Positions 13,278-28,502 of a DNA stretch of 64,000 nucleotides are shown in pieces. The first letter of the stretch is position 1; every line of letters begins with the position of its first letter. Source of the DNA: Spizellomyces punctatus DAOM BR117 (taxonomy: Eukaryota); NCBI GenBank assembly GCA_000182565.2, contig KQ257452.1; one strand, given 5' to 3'. The position numbers were made by a program, and so were the translations under genes. The notes below the pieces were generated by a model. That model had not been told where the DNA came from and ran no database searches. It saw nothing but the letters and a program-made list of their open reading frames with translations.

Positions 13278-13419
13278 TGTGAGTGCGCCTACTGATTGTC
13301 AACGATCGCAGAGGGACTGTGACTGCAACTGGGAAAGCCGGAAAGGTGTTGTGTGTCGCTGTAGATCGATCGCAGTCTCAAGGTCCTTCGCAGCAATGAA
13401 TGAAGCTGCGCTGGAGGTT

Positions 13420-13433
13420 GTTGTCATAGCAAC
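13420..13433. promoter_or_regulatory. RFX X-box-like motif GTTGTCATAGCAAC in the SF3A2/KRI1 divergent promoter
   Basis: Close match to the X-box consensus GTNRCC(N0-3)RGYAAC; related motifs occur in four other divergent promoters. Confidence 0.45.
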
Positions 13434-13538
13434 ACGCGCTCTGACCTGAAATCTGGCTTTGAACTTTTATTTTGTTTTTGCGCATTTCGTAACATTTGAC
13501 GCCCGTCGGCTTCTCGTCAGTCAACATAGTTTGCCAAC

Positions 13539-15872
13539 ATGTTTGAGGACGAAGAAGAGGAAGTGACACTTACCATAAACCGAAACTTTGCCGAAAAGTA
13601 TGAGAATAGGAAACGTTTTGAAGAATTTTCTCAGCGTGAGTGTTAAAAATGGAGGCGACTTTTCCGGCATACTAAGATATCGTATTTGAAGTCAAGGCAA
13701 AATATGGCGATGAAGTGGATGAGGAGGAAGGTTCTTTCGACTCAGAGTCTGAAGAAGAAGACGAAGTTGGAGAGCTTGTTACTCCAGAAGTCGATGCACA
13801 AATAATGAAAACAATTGCGACAATCCGTGCCGGAAAGCCTGAGGTGTATGATCCTAAACAGCATTTCTTTTCGGAAGCGGAAATAGAAAAGGCTCGAGCC
13901 AAGTGGAGGGAAAAGCAAAAGGAGGCGAAGCAAAATGGCAAGCCGATGCGGTTGAAGGATTATCATCGAAGACAGCTTTTGGAAGGAGGAGATGACGAAG
14001 AGGGGAAACCTAAAGTCTTGACGCATGCGGAGGAGCAGGATATGATCAAACGACAATTTAAGTCTGCGATTGAGGCCGACGATGATGGAGAGGATGACTT
14101 TTTGTCAATAAGGCCAAGAAGTGAGGATGAGCAGAAAAGGGACGAAGAGGAGTATCGAAGGTTCCTTTTGGAGAATATGGCCGCGGTACGCTGCTGCTGA
14201 CAGCTGTGGTGCTTTGGAAACTTGTCTCTGATATAGTAGCGCAATTATAGGACGGAGGACAAGGATTGAAAGACTATAGAGATTACAAAGCTGTCAAGGT
14301 GCGTAATCCTGAAGAGGCATTTTTGATGGAGTGAGTACATGTCGGACTACCATCACTGTGGCGTGCGTACTGATTGACTCGTCTTCTCAGGTACATCTTG
14401 AATCGGGGATGGGTCGATAAAGAGGCACAAAAGATTCCAACCTACAACGAGGTTGTAGGTGACATTGAGGAAGATGAGGAAGCAGTTGAGGCAGCTGAAG
14501 AGTTTGAGCGCCAGCACAATTTCCGATTTGAAGAAGAGTGAGTAGAGAGAAGTCGGAATTGTGCGACCACTGGACACTGACCGCAACTCTGATTCTGAAG
14601 GGGCGCTTTTGACATCGTTACACATGCCCGTAACATTGAAGGCACGATCCGGCGAAAGGACGATAAGAGGAAAAGACAGCGTGAAGCTAAGAAGGCCCGA
14701 AAAGAGGCAGAAGATACAAAGAAGACTGAAGAACTTAAACGACTCAAAAATCTCAAAAAGGAAGAGATCCGGAAACGCTTGGAACAAATTCGCCAGATTG
14801 CAGGTGGTGATGTGGTTGGACTGAACGAAGTCGACCTTGAAAAGGACTTTGATCCCGAAGAGTTTGATCAGAAAATGGCCGAAGCGTTTAATGAAGGATA
14901 CTACAACGATGAGGATGGTGATATCAAGCCGGAGTTTGGTGACGATATTGATATTAGTGATATCGCTCCGAACGCCGGCGCATGGTCTGTGGAGGAGGGA
15001 GCAGAAGAGGACGCTGGGGAATGGGCTGACGAATGGGTTGGTGAGGGGAATAAGGAGCCGACACATCAGGAAGGCAATGAGGGGAATTTCATTATGGATG
15101 CCGACTACTTGCCAGGTGGGGAACAGTACGTTGGGGACCAGGTTGAGGAATCAAAAGGTGAGAGTCTACGTGTTGGCTTGATGTATTCAAGTCCACTTAA
15201 CTCAGTGGTAAACTTGTAGGTAAATCGAAAAAAGACAAGAAGTCCAAGAAAAACAAGCAGAGTGATAATGGGGAGGAAGGGAAAATGTCTTTGGATCAGT
15301 ACCTGGATGAATATTATCAGCTCGACTATGAAGATATGGTATGAAGAAAAGGGTGATGTTTCTCGTTAATCCTCATATTCCAAGCTAAGTCGCCTGCATC
15401 ACAGATTGGAGACCTTCCAACACGCTTCAAATACCGTAAAGTTGCCGCCGACGATTGGGGGTTGACGCCATTAGAGGTTCTCGAAGCCGACGATGCCGAC
15501 CTGAACGAGCTGATTGGATTGAAGAAACTTGCACCTTTCCGACGACAAGATCTGGTTGAGAAAGACAAGGCCAAGTGGAGCAAAAGTCGAAAGAAGCGTC
15601 TGAAGGAGTTCCGAAAGAAATTGGCCGTAAAACATCCCGAGGAGGAAGTACATATTGCTGGATCTGAAGGAAAGCGCCATAAGAAGAAGGGTGAGGAGTC
15701 TGGACACAAGCGAAAACGGGGTGAGGAAAACGGGGAGGTGGAGTCTACGCGAGATAAGTCAAAAAAGCGAACAAAGCCTGCACAAGAAGATGGCCAAAGT
15801 GGATGGTATGTAGATACGAAGGGGCTCAGCAGCGACAGATTGGCAACTTATCAGATGCCAAAAAAGAAATGA
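13539..15872 (+). CDS. KRI1: 40S biogenesis factor KRI1
   Basis: LTINRNFAEKYE, FLMEYILNRGW, AEEFERQHNFRFEE, EELKRLKNLKKEEI, YYQLDYED, FKYRKV...WGLTPLEVLEADDADLNELIGLKKLAPFR. Confidence 0.93.
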
Positions 15873-16040
15873 GGATAGCAGGGATCACCTAGTCCCAACA
15901 TTGTACACATAGATCTTTTGCATTTTTTGTTATTATTTTGCACGTTGTGTTTTGTCAAAAAAGGAAGACTACTATAAATACAAGCAAAAACGCATTACTA
16001 TCGGAAATCAGTGTTTTCTGGCGCCGACCAGCTGGGCGAA

Positions 16041-17131
16041 TTACTTCTTTTGGGGACTGAGGATTCCCTCCAGTTGAGTCTGTCATTACAGGTTAGCACT
16101 AAAGCAGGGCACAAAAATATCGGATGGGTGCATCTCCGTACCTTCAACTGCACATTTGTCTTTTTCAAAAATGCAATCTCCTCGGCATGCTTACGCTCCT
16201 CCATGGCTCTCCGCTCGCTCTCCCGCTTTTCGATGGCTTCACATTTGGCTTTGAGTTCCAAGACACTTTGTTCCAATTGTCGCTTTTCTTCTTCGAGTTC
16301 CTTGATCTAAAGGAAACAAGCATGTTTTTCAGTTCACGATTAACACCAACATCAGATCTCGAAAGCGGTCGGACACGAACCCTGTTTTCCATATCTGCCT
16401 TGCCCTGTTCAGCCTGCAAAGCCTTGCGCATACCAAAAGCAACGGAGCTTTCGTATAAAGTTTGGTAAGCAGCGATAGACATGCGGATTTCATCGCGGAC
16501 GCGGAGGAGGAGAAGACCGCGTTCTTGGCACGAAATTGTGACCTGGCGAATAAGTTCGTCTATGATATCTTGTTAGATTGATTGAAATCCGGAAATTGAG
16601 ATGCGAGGGCGTATTACCAAAGCATTGACTGTAGAGTTCCCTCCGGACGGGGTCAATCCCGGTCTCGCGAGCTTGCCGCTTCTGAAGCATGTGGTCTAGT
16701 TGCTCCTGTTTCGTGCCGTTAGCACCTGCATCCCAGGAAAAGCACGGGCAAATATGGGTCTACCTGCAAGTTAATGACATCTAACCTCGTAGCCGGCGTA
16801 CTGGAAACTTTCTGAACCCATAATTGCCCAGTCTCTTCCCATTCTCTGTCATCAACAGCAGCATTAGCGAAAGTCGTAACGAAGTGGATCCCGCGCAGCA
16901 GACTCAATACCTAGGAGGCAAGATTGAATTTAAGATGTCCTCGGTCTGACTGGGAGTCTTGGGACGTCCCTTGTCATCCACAGGGGGAAGCTGCTTCTTT
17001 CCTGGTGGAAGAGGTGCACCGATCTTTTTGTCAAGGACAGTGCCTTTGAGAGGTGACTTGGTGGAAGCATCCGTTCGGGAAATGAGGACGGGATTGTCGT
17101 ATTTTACGAGCGAGTGAGAGGGCTGGATCAT
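16041..17131 (-). CDS. DNALI1: Axonemal inner-arm dynein light chain p28
   Basis: SLVKYDNPVL, TEDILNSILPPREW, WVQKVSSTPATRLDVINLQ, QARETGIDPVRRELYSQCF, YQTLYESSVAFGMRKALQAEQ. Confidence 0.96.
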
Positions 17132-17413
17132 GGCTGCTTCTGTGATGTTGAAGAACGCTGGCGGTTTGGGTTGTGATGTCCGGTCGGTGTTAAAGGTGGG
17201 AGGTTATGTAAGCACTATCACGTGGTTTAGGATTGAAGTCCGAGCTTCATTCCTCCCAACATTTTCACACAACCAATGTTCCAACGGATTCTCATACCTA
17301 TGTAATGATGGATGTATTTGCCAGTTACCCCAAGATGAATAATATTGAAAAAAAGAATGTAATGGGATGCCAAAAATGGCGATGCAGTTCACACAGTCAC
17401 AATCTAGCTCTCA

Positions 17414-18980
<1,567 letters not shown>

Positions 18981-19354
18981 CCCTCCTGTTTTGTCTCGCC
19001 AGCCTTCTCCAAAAGATGCAGATCACAATTGCCAAAGATCGCGGTAAAACCTCATTTAAGAATGGGCTCCCCGATCGAGGTTGGGCCGGACACGTGAGGT
19101 GAAATATCCGTTGCAATATATATTGGAATTACAGCTTAACAGACATTTGCCCAAATTGATTCACTTTTTGAATGCCATTATGATCTTCTGTCTCCACGAC
19201 GGGTTACAGTAGCGAAATCATGTATAGATAAACACAGCGCGATCATCCTACACAATCATAATATATTGATTGCGCTGGAGCAATTTCCACATTGGAGGAA
19301 ATAAGGTGTTCAGTTGGTTTTCTCGGGAAATCTGAAAATATATTCTTCAAAAAA

Positions 19355-21430
19355 TCAGATAACTTGCGTAATCCCGCTACTATTGACCATCTCCTCTTTG
19401 GTAATAAGATGTGTCGTCTTCACAATGCTGCAAATGGTATCGACGGTAAGTCATCGAATCGACGCAAAGCACCACGTCTGATCAAAAATACATACAGTTC
19501 AAGCAGCGAGTTAATGTTGGTGGACCACTCGTTAAGTACCGCATTGGGATCCTTTCGTTGTTGGAAGGAAACGATGCCTGCTGGTCGGTCGATTCTCGCC
19601 CAAATGGTCTTTTTAACAACCAGATTGGAAAGGAACTCCTCCGTTTCCTGTTTTGCGGCAGGTGAGTCTTCCGCAATGTAGCATACAAAACACGGCCAAG
19701 ACGCTATCTTACCGATGGGCTCAAGTCCAAGAGCTGAGTCAGGCGTTTCACCGTTATCCGATTGTAATATTTTGCAACAACCCGAATGTTCTAAATCGCC
19801 GCAAATGTCAAGATCAAGCTTCTATGAATCTGCGCACTGGAGAATTCAACTTACGTGCTCAATAACACGCTTATGCAACTCCTTGTACCGTTTTTGTCCG
19901 TCCTCGTTCTTGAGGTCGAATACGAAGCTCTCTCGCCACATGGTTCCATAGATTTCCTCCATTTTTGGCCATCGCATGAGCTCAATAATTATGAAGCACT
20001 TTGTGAACTCCCTACATCCAGTGTTAGTCAGCTGAACTCGTGGTTGTAGGCAGATAGACCCACATACTTGTAAAGTGGAATCTTGGCCAAGAAGGGATCC
20101 TCGTAAACACGGTGAATCAGATCCGACTGCTCGTTGTCATAGGGCGCTAGAGCGACGAAGAAAATGATATTTCTAAGGACCTGAAGTATTGTTATTGGGA
20201 AGCTCGAAGACATGTGGGGCATACAAGGACGCATTAACGACATTACCTCTGTTTTTCTTGCTTCATCCTCTTGCACGGAAGGGGTATCATAAATCTCACG
20301 GAAGTACTTGCAAACATCCAGGTATTGATTCTCATGCAGGGCATATTGAATCATCAACTCATAATAGCGCAATTTAAGATCCTACGCAGAAGTTTCGTTA
20401 GATCGAACTCCGTCAGATAGTGAAGGTTCAGAACTTATCTTACCTGGGTCTCTGTGGCTTTGAAGTATTTCGTGCTGATCTTGCGACTTATGATTTGAAC
20501 GCGAGGGAAGTCCTTCTTGGCTAAGCAGAGTCTCATTTGCTCCAGAATGAAGTCCGTCTTCTCACGCTTGTCCATAGAACCGAATGTTTCCACCTGACAC
20601 AAAAACAAGGATTTCAGTGACAAGTCAAAGATTGTATAACTTGACTGACACACCACTATACCTGGACATCCTGTAAAATATCGGCAGCTTCCACGATGTT
20701 ACCCTCATCTTCCTTTATTTTGGCCAGGGTTCGAGTCAAACGTGCACGCTCAACCTCCACAAAGATCTGCCGAAACAACCTGGTCAAAATCTGACACATG
20801 AAAGAACAACGTGGCCGTTATTCCATACCTTGCCCTCGGTCACCGTGCGCAATGTATTGATAAGTTCTAACTTCGTCGGCATATCAGGAGTTTGGTCGAT
20901 ATATGTCATGGCCTCTTGAATCATTTTGGTAACAGCCTGTTGTCCAAGTAAGTACGTCCCCGTATTCTTCTCATTCATGATATTGCAATCTCACCTGCTT
21001 CAATAGTCCATGCTTCTTTGAGAGTAGTATGATGTGTTCATTCAACAGCTTCCAGTCTCCCGAAAGTCGGCAAATTTGCATGGCAGCGATAAGCAATCTC
21101 GAGTTTGAAATCATGTCAGCAGCCTGGAAAGCAACATATCTCTTTAGCCGAGAGAATCGAAGGAAAACTGCGACTATCGCAGAAAGAAGAAGGCATACCA
21201 CACGTGTTTGCTTTTCCAGGGCTAGCAATTTTTCGAGCGCTTCGGTTATGTTTCCTTGCTGTAGGATCAATTAGTTTTCCTGAAACGACCAAAAGAAGTG
21301 CCGGTGTCCTCTCGCTCATAGCCTCCACTTCCCCAACCAAAACCAACGGTACCTTTGCCGTCTGCTCAATTTCCGGCAGCTGGACGTCCACAATCCCGGA
21401 ATAATCCTTTTGCATCTTCTCTTCTGACAT
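19355..21430 (-). CDS. RPN5: 26S proteasome lid subunit Rpn5/PSMD12
   Basis: [66 protein letters not shown]-like [10 protein letters not shown] (PCI domain). Confidence 0.96.
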
Positions 21431-21852
21431 GGTGATACTTTTGCGCGTTTCTCAAGGGGGAATAGAATAGGAGCGTGTTATCGTCTTTGAAGTATATTTC
21501 CTGTGTGTTCAGCCTTTCCACTGTTCTCGTCGGTTGGCTCAACCTGCGCGTTTTTCAAATGCTGATGGATTCTGTAAAGAACTGAAAGTCCAAAGGCCCA
21601 AAAGCGACACGTCAACCTAATCACGTGATTTTAGGATGGAACCACATTTGGTGGGTCATCAAGCTTTCTCACCATGAATCTGATTCCATTCTTGTGAGTT
21701 CGGAACTTTTTCACACTGCTTACTCCGACCGCAAATCTACATCTACATCCAAACTTACTCATCCTTGGAAAGAGCAACTAATTTAACACGGAGAAAGCGC
21801 ATCTCGAACCACATATACCCACTGAACGCTTAGCGATCTTACAACTGTTGCG

Positions 21853-23784
21853 ATGCCTCGACAGTCGACTAGACCGACACGCAAAGCAGCAGCCCGGGCT
21901 GTAGCATCACCCATCTCAAAGGAAAAGCGCAGTCCGTCCACTAGTCCCAAAAAGAACTCCAGCAAGAAGCAAAGTCCATCCACTAGTCCCAAAAAGAATT
22001 CCAGCAAGAAGCAAAGTCCATCCCCTAGCCCAAAGAAGGGTGCTAAAAAAGCTGCCCCAGCAAGAAAACGTGGTCGCAACGAGAGCAGCCTGACGCCTGA
22101 ACCAGAAGAAGTGACGTCGATTACAAAGGAGAAAGGCGGCGATCAAGTAAATGGCAAACCTACTCAAACCTCTCCGCGCGCCAAGAGACAAAAAGCTGGT
22201 GAGTGACAGCAACCTGTTGTTTGAAGCAATCTGATTAGATCTCATCCGGTTGAGCGGAAGCTTACCTATCTATTGTCCACACAGTGTCAGACTTCAACAT
22301 TCCCTTCCCATATACTAGGACTGGTGACGTTTTTGTCGTCGGTAGTGGCGACTGTGGTCAGTTAGGGCTCGGCCCGGACGTCTTGGAAAAAGAAAGAGTG
22401 GGTCTATTGCAGTACTTTCGCGACAAGAAAATTGTATCCATTGTCGCTGGCGGCTTGCACAATATTGCTCTTGACATCAATGGCAAGGTAAGAGCTTCAC
22501 TCTTTTTGTAATCGCGCATCCTGAACCTGCATTGAAATGTGCGCTCCTGAAATTGATAGATGTATAGTTGGGGCTGCAACGATCAGTTGGCCCTTGGTCG
22601 TGGGGGTGAAGAGACCGAACCTGCTCCGGTCGAAGGCTTGGAAGACAAAGTCGTAGTTCAAGTGGCATGTGGTGATTCTATTAGCGCAGCTCTTACAAAA
22701 GAGGGACAGTAAGTTCAGTGGAATGTTAATTGTGGATCGTCATCGTATAATGGTCTGATTTTCCTAATGTTTCTCAGAGTATACACTTGGGGCACGTTCC
22801 GCAATTCAACTGGTATCTTCGGCTATTACCCTGGTATCGAAATTCAGCCGCGCCCAAGGCTCGTGAAGGAGCTTCCCAAGCATGTTGCTCAGATCGCCGC
22901 CGGTACCAATCATTTGGTCGCAATCACTAAAGAGGGTACGCGTTCCGAGCAGAACAGTAATTTAGTGAGCGTGCAACTAATCTACAAGAACTTTAGGCAA
23001 GATGTACACCTGGGGCGTCGGCGAACAAGGCCAGCTCGGTCACAAAGTCATTTCCCGTCACACTAAAGAAGGTTCTCTCATACCGCGCCGTATCAACTTT
23101 TATCCCAAGGGCATCAGTAAAAACGGGCGTCGTGTGAAAAAGAACTTCACCAGGGTGTTCTGTGGAGGATATACTACATATCTTGTTCACGAAAGCAATG
23201 CCGTTTACGCCTACGGCCTGAACAATTACGGACAGTTAGGTGTCGGTCCAACGTCAGAAGAAGTTTATGATCCCATGCTTATTGATGGGGTGGATCCCGA
23301 AAACGGCCTCCAAGCCATCGCCGGTGGTGAGCATCACACACTATTACTAGATGATAAAGGTATGGATACTTGAAGTGTTCAATAGAAAGTTACCGCGAGG
23401 TTGTGGGTTACTCATACCAGGCCTTGAACCCCAGGGGATGTCTACGCCTTTGGACGTGGCGACTCTGGCCAGCTCGGACTGGGCAACACCGTGGAGCGCC
23501 AGGACACGCCAGTCAAGATCCCAACCCTTTCCAATGTTCGTTCCATCAGTGCCAACGGCTCGTTCTCTCTTGCTGTCTGCCATCCGGTGGAAAACGAAAC
23601 CGTGAGCAACTTTTATACATGGGGCTATGGCGATATGGGACAATTAGCGAACCAAGGAGCTGGAGACGAAGAAGCCCCTTTCCATGTTGACTTTAAGGGT
23701 CGAGAAGCCATCACAGCTAGTGCGGGTGGGCAGCACACAGTAATTTTGGTCCAACCCAGACCCGCACAGCCCAAATCTGAATAG
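21853..23784 (+). CDS. RCC1: Ran GEF RCC1/Pim1/Prp20
   Basis: Basic N-terminal tail and RCC1 repeats ([58 protein letters not shown]). Confidence 0.92.
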
Positions 23785-24159
23785 TGGCAGGACACACTGT
23801 CCCCCACACGTAGCAAGGCGCATATACATGCGGCTTATATTGTCAATGGTGCTTTTGATACCCTATGTTTTTGGAGTAAAAGCACCAGCGACTTTCGTTG
23901 GTTGAGGAAAGGCATTGTTTTGACGATGTCTGTAAGCTTATAAGCTTACCTTTTGCAAGACATAAGACACGACTGTAAATTTCTTTTTTTGTATTGCTTT
24001 GGAAAAAAGAATAATAGAGTGGAGAAAAGACCATGATATCTAACTGAGCTGCGTGATTGTATTGTATTGTCGGTTCATGAAATTGATGCGACTATTGTAA
24101 TGTTATCTATAAAATACATGGCAGCTTCAACTGCATTATATATACATGACGAAACCCTC

Positions 24160-25069
24160 CTACTTTCTATCCTTTCTTCTCTTGAAGCCCTTCCGAGTGA
24201 AATTATTCTTTTGTTCCTGGATTTCCAAGAACTTCCTCTTGTAATATGACTTTGCTTGATTATCAGCCAATAACTCGTCGACAATGTTATCCCGGCGCTC
24301 TTTACGGGTGAGGCGGCTAGAGAAGAACTCTGTGGGTCCTTGAACGATCGTTCCAATCTGCGGCAAGCAACTTGGTCAAACAAGTAATTAAGATATAAAT
24401 GAGAAATAGAGAAAGTGTACCTGAAAGAACTTTGGCAAGGCTTTCATTGTGCCCTTCTTGTAGTGCCGTTTGGGGTCGATAACCGCACGGGATTTGAGAA
24501 TGTGAAGGTCGCGCTTGATTTCCTCTGTCATGTCGGGTGCAGGCATATCAAACCATTTTGGTCCCGCCGTTTCCTTCTCCATCTGGAGTCGCGTTGCTTA
24601 GTGGATAGTTGAGCAGTAATGCATCATAATAATCCAACTTACAATTTTCTTCTTTTTCTTATCCCAATCTAATGCAGGTGGTAACGTCTCCGGCGCAGAT
24701 TGTACGTTTATCGCTTCTGGTCCAATCTGAACCTTCCTTTTCTCTGAGAGTTTGGAACCACTCGCCTCTTCCTTCAATATAACAGTTCGATCAGCTTGGA
24801 GTCGCACGGCGCCGTACTTGTTGGTATCTTCTATGTATAGCTCCTCAGATTTGACTCCAGGATCGAGTTTCACGGTTTCGAGGGGGGAAGGCTTTTCTTC
24901 TGTTATGGATTTCAATGAACTTTGGCCATGCCGTTATTGTAAAGTCCTCCTGAAATCCTTCTTCAACGACAGCAACTTACATCATGGCTGCTTGTTGCTG
25001 TTTGAGAACTTCGGTTGCCTTTGCAAGAAGCTCGTCGAGATCCATATCATTATTGTCTTGGTGCTCCAT
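24160..25069 (-). CDS. FCF2: Pre-rRNA processing protein Fcf2/DNTTIP2
   Basis: TAGPKWFDMPAP...KRDLHILKSRAVIDPKRHYKK...PKFFQIGTIV...FFSSRLTRKERRDNIVDELL. Confidence 0.93.
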
Positions 25070-25234
25070 ATCGCTTGTTGGATGGCCAGTGTCAAAGGCT
25101 TCAAGTTCTGGAAGTTCAGGACAAAAACAAGTCACCAATCATTCTCTTCTGGGTTAAATTAGATCACGTGAGCAAGTGTCGATGGAGTCAACAGCACGAA
25201 GCTTTCCATCCTCGCGTACTAAAGGCACCCCAAC

Positions 25235-26313
25235 ATGCTTACAGCAAACGTTTCTCGTCCGCTCTCCTCAGAGTCCCCGCCTTCCTCCCTTGCTTCAGAC
25301 TCTTCTCCTGAACGTTCCTTCTCTTCCGTTACGCAAGAGCGACCAACTTCTGCTATACCGCCTCCCGATTTCGTCGATGACATTGATTCAAGTTTTGCGG
25401 ATCTGGCTGGAGAGTCACCTCCGAGTTCCCTTGCATCAAACTCTCCAACACGATCTATGACACCCTTACCTCAGCCACCGGAACCCATTGACATTTCTGA
25501 ACCGGAGAATACACCTCCTCCAGTGCGAACCCTTTTCCCAATTGCACCAGCTGCAGTACCTGACAAGATCATACCACGTCCCACACAAGCCACCGATAGC
25601 ACTCAAACGGATTCAGAACCACTCGACTTTGCGTCGGCATCGCGTCAAATAAAAGAATGTTATGGGCAAGCTAGTCGAAAAGCTGACTACATACGTGCTG
25701 TTATGTCTTTCGGTACCGGGTCTGCCTTGGAGGTGTACGATATGGCGCAGTCGATAGATGAATTAAGCGTGAATATTAGCAGATTGAAGAGATATGATGA
25801 TTCAATTCGCAAATTGATGGAGGAGGCAGTGAACAAAACCAAGGTATGCTTTTATGTTTTTCGTATGATAATTCACGGTGGGCGAAGGGCTTATGCCATT
25901 TTACAGGCCGAGTATGAAACACGTTTGAAGAACCTCCGAATTGAGAAAGAAAAACTAGCGAAACATGAAGCAGCAATTGCCAAAGCCGATGAACATATCG
26001 CAAAAATGGATCGACAGGTGGAGGACTTGCGAGCAAAACGTATACGCCTAGAGGCAGAATATCAACTAGCTTTGCAACGGAAGTTGGCGGAGGAGAAAGA
26101 AGAGGCTGTAAAGCAAAGAAATCAGGTATTACCCCATTGATTGATTGTCTCAGATGTCGCGTCTCATGTCACCTCTGCTCTCAGGTCCGCCTCATGATGA
26201 AAGTGCTCCTGTCGTCCTTCGTACTCTCCTTTGGTGTCTTCCTTCCGCAATTTACCTACTTTTTGTTTTCCCTGGCAGTTCTTTCCATCCATGTGTATGC
26301 TGTAGTGGGCTGA
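25235..26313 (+). CDS. Hypothetical coiled-coil protein with C-terminal hydrophobic anchor
   Basis: Ser/Pro-rich N-terminus, long heptad-rich helix; probable introns ~25843-25907 and ~26126-26184; last exon VLLSSFVLSFGVFLPQFTYFLFSLAVLSIHVYAVVG-stop. Confidence 0.6.
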
Positions 26314-26527
26314 GGAATGGCCGCATGTCGGTTCGTGCCAAACTCTTGTATTTACTTGTGTACCATGATTGTAATATAAGGCGAAGACTTGGGACACTTC
26401 TTTTTGCCCTACTCAAATGGATTATCTGATTCTCATGACAATGTACAGCACAGCTGAGTGTCGCAGACAGAATCATAGAGTACGCTGTATAATATCTATA
26501 CACTAAATTGCGACATCCACCTCCTTT

Positions 26528-28208
26528 CTATATATCCCCTAAGGGCTTGGCTGTTGACAGCAGTCTCAAAATGTCCATCGGGTCCGCCACCTTCTCCTTT
26601 CTGTCTTTTTCCTCGTACGCTTTCAAGACCTTCTCAAAGACCTGATCAGTGAATCTCCGTGTCCTATGCTCAAAGGCCGTTGTTTGACGTAAAACGTGGT
26701 CAACATTGTCCAACTGAGCAAGATTCGTCAGTAGCATCGAGGGTGAAAATATTCTGATCGAACGTACCTCTAATTGTAGGGAGTCATATTGTTCTGCCAT
26801 CCACCCGTCTATGGACTTTGTAAAATCACCGGAGCATACTTCTTCAAGTATTGCCCGTTCGTCATCATTCAGAGATGGCTCAACAAGTTCATGCTCAGGT
26901 TTGGATTCGAGACGTGCAATAACATCCGCATGAGCTGCGGTGTGATCTTTGAGTAGAGAGATCCATTGTTGTTCTTCAGCTTTGAGTCTGGAATGGGGTC
27001 AAAGTGAGCAAAGATAGGAAAAGTGTTGACATTGTGGGAAAGTACCTCTCCAGATCGCGTTGGTATTCCTCTAATTGTCGGGCGCTTGCTTCATTTTGGG
27101 GATGTGGTAATTTTTTGGGTGTTTCGGGCTGTGGTGTTGAATCAGCCTGTAGATGTCATGATATGAATATCCGTCTATTCCCATGCACCTATGTGTCGTA
27201 CAGAAAGACTTACTGGGCGATGATACCATGATGTATTGATTTTTTTGCTTGTCAGTCCAGCAATAACATCTTCCTGTATTTCCCGAACTGGAGATCAACA
27301 TCAATCAGATTAACAAGCAGTTGGATGAGGTTCGAACGGAGTCACAAACCATACATATTCGATCAAGATTATCAGCCGGGTCCTCCTTATTCTCATTGCT
27401 TTGTCCATCCAACGTCCGTTGGGCGCACCAAACTAAAAGCTGCCTCATTCGATTAGGATCAGATAACTCCGCATCAATGTGTCGGTAGAAATCAGATGGG
27501 TCGATCGTTTCGTGAGGCGGCGCTAAAAACCAAGCCAGATCATCCAATCATGTTAATCGAGCCCTTTCACCGCAAGGGGCAACTAGGGAAAAGAACTCAC
27601 GACATAATCCATTATGTGCAGCAGACACCCTCTTTCCCCGTAATCCTAAACTTGACCTTCTCCGTCCGCCACTATTTCTCATTTGCTTATTTCGCTCAAT
27701 GATTGGCGTATCACTCGATGGTAAGTTCACAGTATAATCTCCTTCAGAAAGTTTTGAAGGAGCATAAGAACGACGGAGAGTCTGGACGCGAAGGTTGAGG
27801 GGTCCACCAGGGACTGCGATGGTCGTTTTCCGACGGGATGCGTTTGGATTCGGTTCGGGGAGAGATTCCTTCGTCTTCTTTTTGGGTTGAGGGGAGTTTG
27901 GGGACTCGGTTGGTGTTATGCTTTCCAATTTGATGCTCTTGCTGGGTTTAAAGACGAAGCCATTGTCTTCTCGGAGGTCGTCTTCAAGGAACATTAACAT
28001 TGCAATCAAAGAAATGAACGCCTAACGCCAGACTCGCGGTGCTTACCATTTTTCTTTGGCTAAAGTAGCAGTATGCACCAACAGAAGATAGCGTGAGTGA
28101 AAATGCGACATGTTGTTCTTTATGTGAAACTCCACACACCTTTCTGGCGTAAGGATGCGGTCGACCTTCCCCGTGATCGCCGTGGTTTGTACGGATAGGT
28201 CCACCCAT
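26528..28208 (-). CDS. DSN1: Kinetochore Mis12 complex subunit Dsn1/Mis13 (start approximate)
   Basis: RRRSSLGLRGKRVS, PHETIDPSDFYRHIDAELSDPNRMRQLLVWCAQR, C-terminal DPMDILRLLS. Confidence 0.85.
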
Positions 28209-28502
28209 ACTCCCCTTCTTACCCACTCACAACAATGAACACAATTAGGTGAAGCCTGCGGTTGGAACGTGCGTGCCGTGGGATGCTTCCTGCGTCGTCG
28301 TCGTCGTTCGTTTGTTCGTCGAGAGACGCGTTCCTCAAGTGACGCGACCGGACGTTCGGACGCGCGAGTGGAATCTCCATGGCAACTGGGAGCAAACCTT
28401 AAGGACAAGGACTCTGTAATGTTTGAAGCTAGCCGAGATCCTGCCACTGTTGACTTGTAACGGACATTGGCCCAACCATTGTCCCATCCACATTGTGACA
28501 AA

